64,000 bases of DNA from Protoeuglena noctilucae (lineage: Eukaryota): positions 248,001 through 312,000 of the forward strand of contig OY253671.1 in the NCBI GenBank assembly GCA_958009085.1. The letters run 5' to 3'. The notes beneath the pieces were generated by a model, which saw only the letters and a program-made list of their open reading frames with translations, was not told the DNA's origin and did no database searches. Shown one piece after another: positions 63,002 through 64,000 of this stretch. The position numbers and the translations under genes were made by a program. How positions within the stretch are numbered: position 1 is the first letter of the stretch; each line of letters starts with the position of its first letter.

Positions 63002-64000
63002 ATGAAGGAGGACGCGGACACGCCTGGAGTAGGCCCATCAAGCAGCGGCCAGCAAGATAGCTCGGGAGAGACTCCGCAAGCCAAGCGGCGCAGGGTGGCG
63101 AGCTCACCCAGCCAAACAGTAACGGTGCGGAGCTGCCGGTTTTTTGCAAACGTTTAGGATGCCCGTCTCGCCCGCGTCCTCAATGAGCTTGCACTTGGTC
63201 CCAGGTGACCTTTGATGACCTCCCGACTGAGATATTGGAGACGATCTTCCAACAGGTCGGCTTCCCGGGCCGAAATGCCGTCGCGTGTGTCTGCCAGCGA
63301 TGGAGGGCCGTGGCTGCGATCAAGACGCACGTCGTGCGGCCCGGTCAGAGCCTGGAGACAGCTTTTGCGCATGTCGGTGAGCCTGCGCGACACTCAGGGG
63401 CCGAAACGCGAGGGGTCTGCCCGTTTTGTGACGAGGCCCTTTGGTGGCGCCCTGCAGAGGACGGGGACTCGATCGCGGTGCTGCCTGGTTTCTACGAGGA
63501 GGTCGTGGAGGTTCCCAAATGCGTCCGCATCTATTCCGCCGAGCCCGGGCCCACGTTCCTTTCCCCCTTCGAGCCGAGGGAGTCGCCGATCGGTGCGGTG
63601 ATCAGCGGAGTCGCCAGCGGCGTCCCCGGTCCCGACAGCGACTTCGGCTCGGACACTGAGAAAGCCGAGGAGTGGATCGAAGCAGCTGTGTCGCGTCTCA
63701 CACGCGCGCGCTCAGGGTTCATGTCCAACGTGCAGGTGGGCGCTGCGTCGTCATGGCGGGGCCATCGACGCAGGCGGCGGGGCAGACGATCAGAGCGCCA
63801 ACGCCGGCCCTCTCCTGCAGGAGGCGGAGCCACGGGTGGAGTCGAGCATGGCAAGCGCGGTGGCGGGAGTGGAGAACGCGCGGCAATGCATCGAGGAGCT
63901 GGCAGACCGGCTGCGGAAGGCCAAGGGTCAAGAGCACGGCCAGGGCTGGGCCGCACGCGGGTACCACATGGCGGCCGAGCTGGGCAAGACCCTCATGGAC
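63002..64000 (+). CDS. F-box protein with probable parallel beta-helix domain; 3' partial
   Basis: NLS-like KRRR; F-box FDDLPTEILETIFQQV..VACVCQRWRAVA; then SLETAF..DGDSIAVLPGFYEEVVEVPKCVRIY, typical of the start of a beta-helix domain. Confidence 0.7.

Noticed and set aside
35341..64000. Functional clustering of UBA3 with the F-box gene, or of dynein with the CEP164-like gene
   Set aside because: The pairs are separated by many unrelated genes; there is no evidence beyond chance neighbourhood.

Overview
GC-rich, gene-dense eukaryotic nuclear DNA with many short spliceosomal introns. It is most consistent with a flagellated green alga, since it carries an outer-arm gamma dynein, a pTAC3 homolog and several apparent plastid transit peptides. 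I reconstructed 19 protein-coding genes by hand-splicing exons: ODA2-type dynein heavy chain (5' partial), pTAC3-like, EMC1, a phytoene-desaturase/PYROXD2-like FAD oxidoreductase, CLASRP-like, a tail-anchored hypothetical protein, a MEKHLA+WHEP-like protein, a secreted Gly/Gln/Asn-repeat protein, a small DJ-1/GATase-like protein, UBA3, a bacterial-type lysyl endopeptidase, NAA30, a protein with two CEP164-type WW modules, an atypical SDR, Bin3/MEPCE, THO2, a conserved unknown protein, an ArfGAP and an F-box protein (3' partial). There is one 200-N gap. No RNA genes, CRISPR arrays or recognisable transposons were seen. Main observations: (1) at least 19 GC-AG introns, roughly 15% of introns versus about 1% in typical eukaryotes; (2) a secreted protein built from a tandem one-repeat-per-exon array with curlin-like S-x5-Q-G5-N-x3-Q units, whose duplicated introns include a GT/GC donor switch and which has an in-frame TAA at a Gln-equivalent position; (3) a MEKHLA-WHEP fusion; (4) an intron-containing bacterial-type Lys-C protease. 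All family assignments come from motif recognition, not database searches.
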